From the NCBI GenBank assembly GCA_963700635.1, contig CAVOYH010000002.1, positions 160,001-224,000 on the forward strand: 64,000 nucleotides of DNA, read 5' to 3'. This document shows, in pieces, positions 1 through 8,779 of this stretch; position 1 is the first letter of the stretch; every line of letters begins with the position of its first letter. Under the pieces are notes generated by a model. That model was not told the origin of the DNA and did no database searches. It was given only the letters and a program-made list of their open reading frames with translations. The position numbers and the translations under genes were made by a program. This stretch comes from an uncultured Bacteroidota bacterium. GTDB taxonomy: Bacteria; Bacteroidota; Ignavibacteria; UBA10030; UBA6906.

Positions 1-1
1 C

Positions 2-1867
2 GGTTGGAAGCTGACGGAAGGCGGACTCATGAATCTCTCCGGGGACTACAGTGTGAACGTGGAGTCGAGCCTCCTGGATTTTGAACTGGATCAGCGGAAA
101 CAACAACGTCCGTTCTCGACAATTCTGGGAGACATCTTCTTCGGAGACCGGTTCATCAACTTCGGGCAGGATACGCGGTACTCCCAGCGGAATTCGTTTA
201 ACACGCGCCCGAACATCCCCAATATCTTCAACATCAAGCGATACCTGGATCTTTCGTTCGGGTATTCCGTTGATTATGCCTGGCAGAATACGCTGACCCG
301 AGGCGACCTCGGAAAGTCCGCCGGATGGAATTCCAGCATCAACCTCTCCATGAATCTGCGGTTAAAACAATTGTTCGATCCACTGTTTGAAACCACCCCC
401 GTGGTTCCCGGCGCGGTCTCTGCACGGGGAAGAAGGGTGAGTAGTGAAACCGCAGGGACGCAAAATGATTCCACCCAGACTGCAGATACCACGGCAGGCG
501 AGGGAGGGCTTTCCAAACTCTTCAGCCAGCTTGGCAATCTGGCCAGGGTCTTTATCAAGATCCCATTGCTGGACTATGACAACATCAATGTCACGTTTAC
601 GCAGACGAACAATACGCAGAACAGCGGGGTTGTCGGACGGACCGGTTTTACGAATTTCTGGGGACGTATTCCGTTCTTTCAGGATCCTGTCCCACGATAC
701 GGGCCCTCCCGATTGTACCAGCTGGGATTGATCAGCGATCCGAGCGGACGGCTCACGAATTTCGGGCCCCGGTCAAAGTTTCCGTTCTTCGGATGGGACG
801 TTGAACCGGGTCTCAGGGCGCCGGGGGGCGTGCTGGTGAATACCTTCCGCCAGAACAACCGTCTTGCATTCAAGACGTCACGCGGATTGTGGGAAGGCGC
901 GCGGCTCGATCTGAACTGGAATGTGGGATGGGCATACAACCGCTCGCAGAACATCGTGACGGATTCGATCTACGGGATCCCGTCTGTGTTGAACACGACA
1001 ACCTCGGGCAGTATAGATCGTTCGTTCCTGACCTTCCCTGACGTCCTGTTTCTGGGTGTGTTCAAAACCAGTCTCAAGGAAGTAAGCAAGCGGTACGGTG
1101 AGCTCAAGAGCGACAAGACGAACGAAAAAAGTGACGAGGAGAAGCTGAGCCAGGCGTTTGAGGAGGGTTTTGAAGCGCTTCCATTCCTCCGGAAGGTGTT
1201 TGGCGAAATGGCCCCGCGTGTGAACTGGAGTTTCCGCTGGGATGGACTCGAGAAGCTGCCTCTTTTTTCGGGGTTTGTGACCCGCCTGTCGGTGGATCAC
1301 GCCTACAATTCGAACTATACCCGGCAATACCAGAATCGTCCGGGCGGGGACGGCGAACGGACCGACGGACAACGTGTGATGTACGGATTTGCCCCGTTGA
1401 TCGGGGCGAATTTCACGTTCAAGGAGCTCTGGAAGGGAGCCTTCGGCGCGAACCTGCGGTACAATACCACGACGTCGTACGATCTGACAACCTCCTCTCG
1501 CAACATCGTGGAAGCCCTGTCGCAGGAGATCGCTGTGACGGCGTCCTATTCGCGACGCGGATTCGAAATACCCTTCTTCGGACTGTCGCTCAACAACGAC
1601 ATAGATGTGAGCTTCTCCTATTCGGTCACAAAAAATTCACGGTTGACCTATGATGTTTCGAAACTCGACCTGAACGTGACAGGCACCCCTCTTGAAGGGA
1701 CCACACGAACAATTATCGAGCCGCGAATCAAGTATGTGCTGAGCCTGCGGGTAAATGCCTCCGTCTACTACCGCTATACAAAGATTGCACCCGACGACTC
1801 AGGGTCTCGTATCCCGGGCAGCACGACGAATGAAGCGGGTCTGGACATCCACATCTCTATCCAGTAG
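2..1867 (+). CDS. sprA: T9SS outer-membrane translocon SprA, C-terminal part (5'-partial)
   Basis: Frame open from the window start; amphipathic beta-strand pattern throughout; SprA-like C-terminal segments (FAPLIG, IEPRIKYVLS); directly upstream of porX. Confidence 0.8.
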   Translation, partial: GWKLTEGGLMNLSGDYSVNVESSLLDFELDQRKQQRPFSTILGDIFFGDRFINFGQDTRYSQRNSFNTRPNIPNIFNIKRYLDLSFGYSVDYAWQNTLTRGDLGKSAGWNSSINLSMNLRLKQLFDPLFETTPVVPGAVSARGRRVSSETAGTQNDSTQTADTTAGEGGLSKLFSQLGNLARVFIKIPLLDYDNINVTFTQTNNTQNSGVVGRTGFTNFWGRIPFFQDPVPRYGPSRLYQLGLISDPSGRLTNFGPRSKFPFFGWDVEPGLRAPGGVLVNTFRQNNRLAFKTSRGLWEGARLDLNWNVGWAYNRSQNIVTDSIYGIPSVLNTTTSGSIDRSFLTFPDVLFLGVFKTSLKEVSKRYGELKSDKTNEKSDEEKLSQAFEEGFEALPFLRKVFGEMAPRVNWSFRWDGLEKLPLFSGFVTRLSVDHAYNSNYTRQYQNRPGGDGERTDGQRVMYGFAPLIGANFTFKELWKGAFGANLRYNTTTSYDLTTSSRNIVEALSQEIAVTASYSRRGFEIPFFGLSLNNDIDVSFSYSVTKNSRLTYDVSKLDLNVTGTPLEGTTRTIIEPRIKYVLSLRVNASVYYRYTKIAPDDSGSRIPGSTTNEAGLDIHISIQ

Positions 1868-1903
1868 CCGCCGCAGCGCCAACAAGGAAGAGAGAGCAGG
1901 GCC

Positions 1904-3472
1904 ATGGAAGAATCAAAGGGACGTATCCTCTGGGTCGATGATGAAATTGACCTCCTCCGGGCGCACGTTGGATTTCTCAACGAGCGCGGTTTCGAAGTGG
2001 AAACGGTGACCAATGGCGAAGATGCCATTGCGCTCGTCAAAGAACATGAATACGATCTGGTCTTTCTCGATGAGATGATGCCCGGCATGGGCGGACTGCG
2101 GACCCTTGCCGAAATCAAGGAACTCCAGCCGATGCTTCCGGTGGTGATGATCACGAAGAATGAAGCGGAGTCGCTGATGGAGGAAGCCATTGGAGGCAAA
2201 ATCAGCGACTACCTCACGAAGCCGGTGAACCCGAGCCAGGTGCTGATGATCTGCAAGAAGTTCCTTGAAGGGCGGAAGATCACGGGCGCTGCGATCTCCA
2301 AGGATTACATCAAAGAGTTCAACGAGATTTCTCTCACCCTGATGGAAGGGCCGGGTTACCAGCAATGGACCGATATCTATACGCGCCTCGTCGGGTGGGG
2401 ACTCGAGCTCGACCGCCATCCTGAACTCGGGCTGAAGCAGACCCTCAACGACCAGCTCCGCGAGTGTAATCTGGCGTTCGGCAAGTTTATCGAACGGAAC
2501 TACAGAGACTGGGTGGAACAATCGAGTGGCAGGCCGACACTCTCCCTGGAGATTGTGGACCGGTACGTCATCCCTGAACTCCAAACCGGGCGGTCCGTGC
2601 TGTTTTTTGTGATCGATTGTATGCGGCTTGACCAGTGGATGATGTTCGAGGAACTCCTGCAGGAGTATTTTGTCATATCCAAGGAATTCTACTTCAGTAT
2701 TCTCCCGACGGCGACGCCGTACTCCCGCAATGCAATCTTCAGCGGCTCATATCCATGTGACGTCGAACTGCGCCATCCCGATCTCTGGGACAAGAGCGAA
2801 GACGACGAAAGCAGCAGGAACCGCTATGAACGCCAGTTTCTGGAGAAGCTGCTTGAACGCCGGCGGATCTTTCTAAAACCGGAGCCCAAATACGTGAAGA
2901 TTCTGGACCCGGAATTCGGCAGAAGTATCGAAAGTACTATCAATTCGTATGCCCAAACGCGCCTTACCTCCATTGTCGTAAATTTTGTGGACATGCTGGC
3001 GCACGGGCGGTCGGACTCGAGCCTGTTGAAGGAAATCGCGCCAGACGAATCGGCTTACCGCTCCCTGACCAGATCCTGGTTTCTCCATTCTTCACTCTTT
3101 GGAATGCTCAAGACACTTTCCCGGAACAAGAATGTGACGGTTGTGCTGACAACCGATCACGGAAGTATCCGAAGCCTGCGGGGATCAAAGGTGCTGGGTG
3201 ACAGGGAAGCGTCCACCAACCTCCGGTATAAATATGGGAGGAACCTCAAGTGTGACGAAAAGGCAGCCATCTACATAAAGAACCCATTGGATTTCAAGCT
3301 TCCGAAAAGAGGTGTGGCGGTAAACTATATTATCGCCAAGGAAGACTACTATTTTGTGTACCCGACCGAATACCATAAGTATCTCAACCAGTACCGTGAC
3401 AGTTTTCAGCATGGCGGGGTTTCCATGGAGGAGATGATCCTTCCGGTAATCAGAATGGAGCCGCGGGGATGA
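1904..3472 (+). CDS. porX: PorX-type response regulator (receiver + PglZ/alkaline-phosphatase-like domain)
   Basis: N-terminal REC domain (ILWVDDE, FLDEMMPG, YLTKP); PglZ motifs ILPTATPYSRNAIF, TTDHG, FQHGGVSMEEM; followed by tsaE as in Bacteroidota. Confidence 0.88.
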   Translation: MEESKGRILWVDDEIDLLRAHVGFLNERGFEVETVTNGEDAIALVKEHEYDLVFLDEMMPGMGGLRTLAEIKELQPMLPVVMITKNEAESLMEEAIGGKISDYLTKPVNPSQVLMICKKFLEGRKITGAAISKDYIKEFNEISLTLMEGPGYQQWTDIYTRLVGWGLELDRHPELGLKQTLNDQLRECNLAFGKFIERNYRDWVEQSSGRPTLSLEIVDRYVIPELQTGRSVLFFVIDCMRLDQWMMFEELLQEYFVISKEFYFSILPTATPYSRNAIFSGSYPCDVELRHPDLWDKSEDDESSRNRYERQFLEKLLERRRIFLKPEPKYVKILDPEFGRSIESTINSYAQTRLTSIVVNFVDMLAHGRSDSSLLKEIAPDESAYRSLTRSWFLHSSLFGMLKTLSRNKNVTVVLTTDHGSIRSLRGSKVLGDREASTNLRYKYGRNLKCDEKAAIYIKNPLDFKLPKRGVAVNYIIAKEDYYFVYPTEYHKYLNQYRDSFQHGGVSMEEMILPVIRMEPRG

Positions 3473-3906
3473 CAAGCCGGATCACCCGGAAGCCCGAAGA
3501 GACGGAGCAGATGGGGAGGGAGTTCGGTGCCACGCTCCGCGCAGGCGACGTGGTGGCGCTGGTGGGAGAGCTCGGTTCCGGGAAAACACAGTTTGCCGCA
3601 GGGATTTGCGCTTCACTCGGGACACGGGGTCACGTGACGAGCCCCACGTTTACGCTTATCCATGAATACGCCGCACAGGACGTAACGGTGGTGCATGCAG
3701 ATATGTACAGGATTACGTCTGTGCGTGAAGCCCTCGACATCGGGCTGCTTGAGTATTTCCAGGCCCCGTACGTGACTCTGGTCGAGTGGGCCGACCGGGT
3801 GCTTGACCTGCTCCCTCCGGAACGTTATCTTGTAGTGTTGTCACACCGCGAGGATCCACTGGAACGCGAGATCTCGATTACATCTCTGCCGGGTGAACGC
3901 GGATGA
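3469..3906 (+). CDS. tsaE: tRNA threonylcarbamoyladenosine biosynthesis ATPase TsaE
   Basis: GELGSGKT Walker A, VTSPTFTL, HADMYR, LVEWAD. Confidence 0.95.
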   Translation: MTSRITRKPEETEQMGREFGATLRAGDVVALVGELGSGKTQFAAGICASLGTRGHVTSPTFTLIHEYAAQDVTVVHADMYRITSVREALDIGLLEYFQAPYVTLVEWADRVLDLLPPERYLVVLSHREDPLEREISITSLPGERG

Positions 3907-4604
3907 GCATCCTGGCCCTTGAAACTGCGTCGATGGTGTGCGGTGTGGCAATCGCCCGTGGCGGCAGTATAGTCGCCGAGCAGTGGGTGGAGGAGCGGTC
4001 GATTCACGCGGAGCGTTTGTTCGGTCTGGTGGACGGTGTTCTTCACGAAGCCGGTTGTGAACCCCGTGACCTTCGTGCGGTGGCCGTGTCCATCGGCCCG
4101 GGATCGTTTACGGGATTGAGAATCGGACTCAGCGCCGCAAAGGGATTTCACATGGCCCTGGGCATACCCCTGGTGGAAGTCCCCACATTGCTTGCGCTGG
4201 GACGGCGAGCGCTTCCACTGCTCGAAAGCCGGACGGGGCATATTCTGGCGGCACTTGATGCGCGCCGCGATGAAGTGTATTGCCAGCTCTTTACCGTGCA
4301 CGCGGGGGAGATATCGCGGACCGGAGATGTGCATGCACGGACGGTCCGGGAGGTTGTTGCGGAACTGCCTTCAGGAGAAGTCGTCCTGACAGGAGACGGG
4401 CGGGAGAAAGTATTTGCAGCGTTGACGAGTGATTCTCTCACGTCGGATCGGTCCGTTCGTGTCACAGACGCACCGTTGGCCCGTTGTTCAGCCGCGGAAG
4501 TGGCACGGATCGGAGAAACACGATATCAGCTGAACCAATTTGCCGATCCGGGCGTTCTTGAACCGCGCTATGTGAAAGAAGTGTTCCTGCGTTCATCCCA
4601 TTAG
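3903..4604 (+). CDS. tsaB: tRNA threonylcarbamoyladenosine biosynthesis protein TsaB
   Basis: ILALETAS, HAERL, GPGSFTGLRIG, DARRDEVY. Confidence 0.95.
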   Translation: MSILALETASMVCGVAIARGGSIVAEQWVEERSIHAERLFGLVDGVLHEAGCEPRDLRAVAVSIGPGSFTGLRIGLSAAKGFHMALGIPLVEVPTLLALGRRALPLLESRTGHILAALDARRDEVYCQLFTVHAGEISRTGDVHARTVREVVAELPSGEVVLTGDGREKVFAALTSDSLTSDRSVRVTDAPLARCSAAEVARIGETRYQLNQFADPGVLEPRYVKEVFLRSSH

Positions 4605-4620
4605 CAAAAGGACGGACCCC

Positions 4621-5460
4621 ATGTCCTGGTTCCGACGTTCCAAAGAAAATATTGCCGCGGAGACCCAGAAGAAAGAAATTCCCGACGGACTCTGGACAAA
4701 GTGTGATTCCTGCGGCGAGATCATTCACAAGAAGGAGCTTCAGAAGAGCTTCTTCACGTGTCTGAAATGTAACGCCCATTTCCGGATCGGCAGTGCGGAG
4801 TATCTTGAAATTCTGCTTGACGCGAAATCCTTCACTGAGCAGGACAAGCGGATGCGCTCCGGTGACCCCCTGAAGTTCAAGGACTCGAAACGGTACCGGG
4901 ATCGGACGGCGGAGGCGATAAAGAAGACCAAATTAAACGACGCTGTGCGATGGGGCACGGGGACGATAAAGGAAAAAAAGGTCGTTGTGGCTGTGATGGA
5001 TTTCTCGTTCATCGGCGGGAGTATGGGATCCGTGGTCGGCGAGAAAATCAGCCGGGCCATTGATCGCGCCTGGAAATCCAAAACACCGTTAATCGTGGTT
5101 TCCTCGAGTGGCGGCGCCCGCATGATGGAGGGAGCCCTCTCTCTCGTGCAAATGGCAAAAACAAGCGCCAAACTGACCCGCCTCGCGGACAATCGTACTC
5201 CTTATATATCCGTCCTCACGGATCCCACAACGGGCGGAGTGACGGCCAGCTTCGCAATGCTGGGCGATGTGATCATCGGCGAACCGGGTGCACTGATCGG
5301 CTTTGCCGGCCCGCGGGTCATCAAACAAACCATCGGCCGGGATCTCCCTCCGGGATTCCAAAGAGCTGAATTCCTGCTCGAGCATGGATTCCTTGATATG
5401 GTGGTCCACCGGCGCGATATGCGGGATATGATTTATGATATCCTCCAGCACCTGACATGA
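4621..5460 (+). CDS. accD: Acetyl-CoA carboxylase carboxyltransferase beta subunit
   Basis: LWTKC zinc finger, GGSMGSVVGEKI, SGGARMMEG, GFAGPRVI. Confidence 0.97.
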   Translation: MSWFRRSKENIAAETQKKEIPDGLWTKCDSCGEIIHKKELQKSFFTCLKCNAHFRIGSAEYLEILLDAKSFTEQDKRMRSGDPLKFKDSKRYRDRTAEAIKKTKLNDAVRWGTGTIKEKKVVVAVMDFSFIGGSMGSVVGEKISRAIDRAWKSKTPLIVVSSSGGARMMEGALSLVQMAKTSAKLTRLADNRTPYISVLTDPTTGGVTASFAMLGDVIIGEPGALIGFAGPRVIKQTIGRDLPPGFQRAEFLLEHGFLDMVVHRRDMRDMIYDILQHLT

Positions 5461-6308
5461 TCATTGTTACCGATCCGTCAGCGATGCAGCGTCTCGCCGA
5501 TGAAGCGCGGACCGGCGGAAAAGAAATCTCGTTTGTCCCTACCATGGGAGCGCTTCACGCCGGTCATCTGACGCTCATACGGGAAGCCGCCGGGTACGGC
5601 GACACGGTCGTCGTCTCCATCTTCGTCAATCCCACCCAGTTCGGAGAAGGGGAGGATTTTCACCGGTACCCCAGAAATCTGGACCGGGATGCCGCGTTTG
5701 CGGCAGAAGCCGGGTGTGACATTCTTTTTGCACCGGCAACGGCCGCGATGTATCCGGAGACCCATGCAACGTTTGTCCAGGTTGAAAAGTCCACCGGCGT
5801 CCTGGAAGGGAAGTCCCGCCCGGGCCATTTCCGCGGCGTGACAACGGTTGTCGCAACGCTCTGCAACATTGTAAAACCTCACATCCTGTTGCTCGGCCAG
5901 AAGGATGGGCAGCAGGTGGCAGTGCTCCGGCGAATGCTGCGCGATCTGCAGTTTGATATCCGGCTGGTGGTCGTGCCGACCGTGCGGGAACCCGACGGTT
6001 TGGCCATGAGTTCCCGGAATGCGTACCTTACACCCGACCAGCGTTCGCAGGCCCCCGTGCTCTCTGCGGCGCTTCGTATGGCAGAACAGCGGTTGCGCGC
6101 GGGTGAACAGGATGCGGCGGCAATCCGGGACGCGATGCGGGCCATGATCACGGCGAAGACGGACGGGGAGATTGACTATGTCTCGATCGCTCACGGTGAA
6201 TCGCTGGAGGAGCTCACGATTGTCCCCTCTGCGATACCCGTCATGATATCTCTTGCAGTGCGTCTTGGAACCACCCGTCTGATCGACAATATCTCCTTAA
6301 CCGTTTAG
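5457..6308 (+). CDS. panC: Pantoate--beta-alanine ligase
   Basis: VPTMGALHAGH, FVNPTQF, RPGHFRGV, GLAMSSRN, RLIDN. Confidence 0.97.
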   Translation: MIIVTDPSAMQRLADEARTGGKEISFVPTMGALHAGHLTLIREAAGYGDTVVVSIFVNPTQFGEGEDFHRYPRNLDRDAAFAAEAGCDILFAPATAAMYPETHATFVQVEKSTGVLEGKSRPGHFRGVTTVVATLCNIVKPHILLLGQKDGQQVAVLRRMLRDLQFDIRLVVVPTVREPDGLAMSSRNAYLTPDQRSQAPVLSAALRMAEQRLRAGEQDAAAIRDAMRAMITAKTDGEIDYVSIAHGESLEELTIVPSAIPVMISLAVRLGTTRLIDNISLTV

Positions 6309-6315
6309 GGACACT

Positions 6316-7071
6316 ATGGATTCACGTCTGGCAGTTGTGATCATGGCGGCAGGAAAAGGCACCCGGATGAACAATGCGGCCATGGCCAAGGTGATGTATC
6401 CCATCGCGAACAAGCCGATGGTCGAACATGTTGTTGATCTTGCGTTTGCCCTGCACGCTTCAAGGGTTGTCGTTATCGTCGGATGGCAGAAAGACTCTGT
6501 GATCGATCATCTGAGACAGCGAGGGAAGAATGTCACCTGTGTCGAGCAAAACCCTCAGCTGGGCACCGGGCATGCGATCATGCAGGCAGAGCAGCCCCTT
6601 GACGGTTTTTTCGGGGATGTGCTTGTACTCTCGGGTGATGTCCCCCTGCTCACCAGAGGTAGCGTGCACGACTTGTTGGCCTACCACCGTTCGGCGCCTG
6701 CGGCGGCAACAATTCTGACGGCAAAACTTGATGACCCGACTGGCTACGGACGCATACTCCGCGATTCTCCGGAAGGGAGTGTAACGGGAATTGTCGAACA
6801 CAAAGACGCAACCGAAGATCAGCGCCAGATACGCGAAATCAACTCCGGTATTTATGTGTTCGACAAGCAGCGGCTTTTCGAAGGATTGCAGCATATTACG
6901 CCGAATAACGTGCAGAAAGAGTATTACCTCACAGATGTATTCCAGCATTTCTGGGCCAGCCAATTGACAGTCCGCGCTGTTGCGGCCGAAAACCCCGTGG
7001 AGATCCAGGGCATTAATACCGCCCAACAGCTGGAGGACGCCAGAATCCTTTTTGCAGCTCGCAGAATTTGA
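6316..7071 (+). CDS. Sugar-phosphate nucleotidyltransferase (GlmU N-terminal uridyltransferase domain only)
   Basis: MAAGKGTRM, QLGTGHA, SGDVPLL, GYGRI, EINSGIY, EYYLTD; ends at 251 aa with no hexapeptide-repeat domain. Confidence 0.85.
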   Translation: MDSRLAVVIMAAGKGTRMNNAAMAKVMYPIANKPMVEHVVDLAFALHASRVVVIVGWQKDSVIDHLRQRGKNVTCVEQNPQLGTGHAIMQAEQPLDGFFGDVLVLSGDVPLLTRGSVHDLLAYHRSAPAAATILTAKLDDPTGYGRILRDSPEGSVTGIVEHKDATEDQRQIREINSGIYVFDKQRLFEGLQHITPNNVQKEYYLTDVFQHFWASQLTVRAVAAENPVEIQGINTAQQLEDARILFAARRI

Positions 7072-7096
7072 CAAATCGCCCCGTTTTGCGTATTAT
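7068..7096 (+). promoter_or_regulatory. sigma70-type promoter TTGACA-N17-TATATT
   Basis: TTGACA 7068-7073, 17 nt spacer, TATATT 7091-7096, upstream of ATG 7141. Confidence 0.7.
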
Positions 7097-7140
7097 TGAA
7101 TCAGAGAGGTAGCGATGTACACAGGGAAAGGGCTGGATTG

Positions 7141-7647
7141 ATGAAATCAATTCGCGTCATTATGACCATTGCGCTGGTCTGCATCCTGGCAACCGGTGTC
7201 AGCGCGCAATTCAAATCCCAGGTAGAACAGGAATCTCGAATCTCAGGAGGGGTCCTTCAAAGCACGTCTCCCTCGCTGCTGTTTGGCTGGTTTAATCCGG
7301 AGAATTTTCACATGCGTCATACGGTGAGTTTCTCCTATCACACCATGGGGGACCATTCTGCGTCGCTCGGGACATACACCAACAGCATGATGTACCAATT
7401 TACCGACAATCTGAACGCGAGGGCGGATATCAGTCTGAATTATTCACCTCTCAATTCCTCTTCGGGCTCATTTGCGAACGGTCAGAAAAACTCGCTTAGC
7501 TCAGTGTACCTCAGCCGCGCCGAGGTAAACTACCGTCCGTGGGAAAATGTCGCGGTACAAATTCAATTCCGGCAGGTTCCCTACGGAATGTATTCGCCGT
7601 ACTATTCACCCTACTATTCACCCTGGTACAGGGAGGATGGATTCTGA
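7141..7647 (+). CDS. Hypothetical exported protein (signal peptide, beta-rich, Tyr/Ser/Pro-rich C-terminus)
   Basis: Signal peptide MKSIRVIMTIALVCILATGVSAQ; start at ATG 7141 chosen because the track start overlaps the promoter. Confidence 0.7.
   Translation: MKSIRVIMTIALVCILATGVSAQFKSQVEQESRISGGVLQSTSPSLLFGWFNPENFHMRHTVSFSYHTMGDHSASLGTYTNSMMYQFTDNLNARADISLNYSPLNSSSGSFANGQKNSLSSVYLSRAEVNYRPWENVAVQIQFRQVPYGMYSPYYSPYYSPWYREDGF
7591..7626 (+). repeat. Three imperfect 12-bp tandem repeats encoding YSPY-YSPY-YSPW
   Basis: tattcgccgtac / tattcaccctac / tattcaccctgg. Confidence 0.75.
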
Positions 7648-7753
7648 TTTACCTGGATAGTCCGCTGTACAGTCGAACGCGTGCCTCAGAAGCCGAGGAC
7701 ATTCTCTCCGGAAAGGGACAGTCCTCGGTTTTTCATTGGTTGTTATAAGGCCG

Positions 7754-8242
7754 ATGGAAAAAAGCTCACGCCCCAGGCGCCCCCGTTCACGTCCGCTGTG
7801 GATTCGAAAGCCCTCCGCGGCCGTTCTGCTGAACCTCGCGATTGTTGTTCTGGTGGTGGTGGTAGGATACCTGGGATTTTCCCTGGTAGTACGGATGTTT
7901 TTTGCACCGTCGGTAGATGTGTCCCGTGACGGAGATCCGCGTGGCAGAGTGATTCAAGTGGATGTGCTAAACGGATGCGGGGTGGCTCGCGAAGCTGCCA
8001 GCATGACTGCGTATCTTCGTTCACGCGGATATGATGTGGTGGAGATACGAAACTATCACCGTTTTGATGTCAAGGAATCGTTGGTGATCGACCGTGGGGG
8101 AAATCTGAAGAACGCCGAGAAGGTCGCCCTGGCGCTCGGCATTTCTCCGTCGCAGTGTATTCAGCAACTCAATCCCGATTATTATGTTGATATTTCCGTC
8201 GTTATAGGCCTCGACCACGGAACACTCAAACATTCACAGTAG
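7754..8242 (+). CDS. Membrane-anchored LytR C-terminal domain protein
   Basis: N-terminal TM helix; IQVDVLNGCGV...GYDV...VDISVVIGLD typical of LytR_C. Confidence 0.8.
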   Translation: MEKSSRPRRPRSRPLWIRKPSAAVLLNLAIVVLVVVVGYLGFSLVVRMFFAPSVDVSRDGDPRGRVIQVDVLNGCGVAREAASMTAYLRSRGYDVVEIRNYHRFDVKESLVIDRGGNLKNAEKVALALGISPSQCIQQLNPDYYVDISVVIGLDHGTLKHSQ

Positions 8243-8254
8243 AAAGGAACCACT

Positions 8255-8779
8255 TTGAAACCTGCTACCCTGGCGAAACATGTTGCGGAATTTGTGTTGA
8301 CAAAGAAAGGACAGGATGTTGTGCTGATGAATCTGAGGGGGTTGAGCAGCGTGACAGATTTTTTTGTCGTCTGCTCAGCGGACTCCGACGTGCAGGTCAG
8401 AGCAATCGCTAATGCGGTAGAAGAAGGTCTCAAGCTGAAGGGTGTGCGCCCGTGGCAGATCGAACGCGGGAGTCCGAATTGGGTGATCCTGGATTATGTC
8501 GATGTTGTTCTCCACGTGTTCCACAAACAGACCCGCCATTTTTACAATCTTGAAAAGCTGTGGGGAGATGCAGAGATCAAACACGCCGAGGACGGAGGGA
8601 AAAAGCCGGCGGCCAAACCGAGGCCGAAGACGAAATCGGCGGTACTGAAGAAAGCAAAGCCAGCAACAAAACCCAAACGCAAGGCAACGACGAAGAAAAC
8701 AGCGACGCCCAAACGGAAGGCCGCCGGACGCGCATCCGCGGGCACGAAGGGTGGCGCACGGAGAAAAGTAGCAACATGA
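8255..8779 (+). CDS. rsfS: Ribosome silencing factor RsfS with Lys/Ala-rich C-terminal extension
   Basis: KKGQDV, TDFFVVCS, WVILDYVDVVLHVF, FYNLEKLW; TTG start. Confidence 0.92.
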   Translation: MKPATLAKHVAEFVLTKKGQDVVLMNLRGLSSVTDFFVVCSADSDVQVRAIANAVEEGLKLKGVRPWQIERGSPNWVILDYVDVVLHVFHKQTRHFYNLEKLWGDAEIKHAEDGGKKPAAKPRPKTKSAVLKKAKPATKPKRKATTKKTATPKRKAAGRASAGTKGGARRKVAT

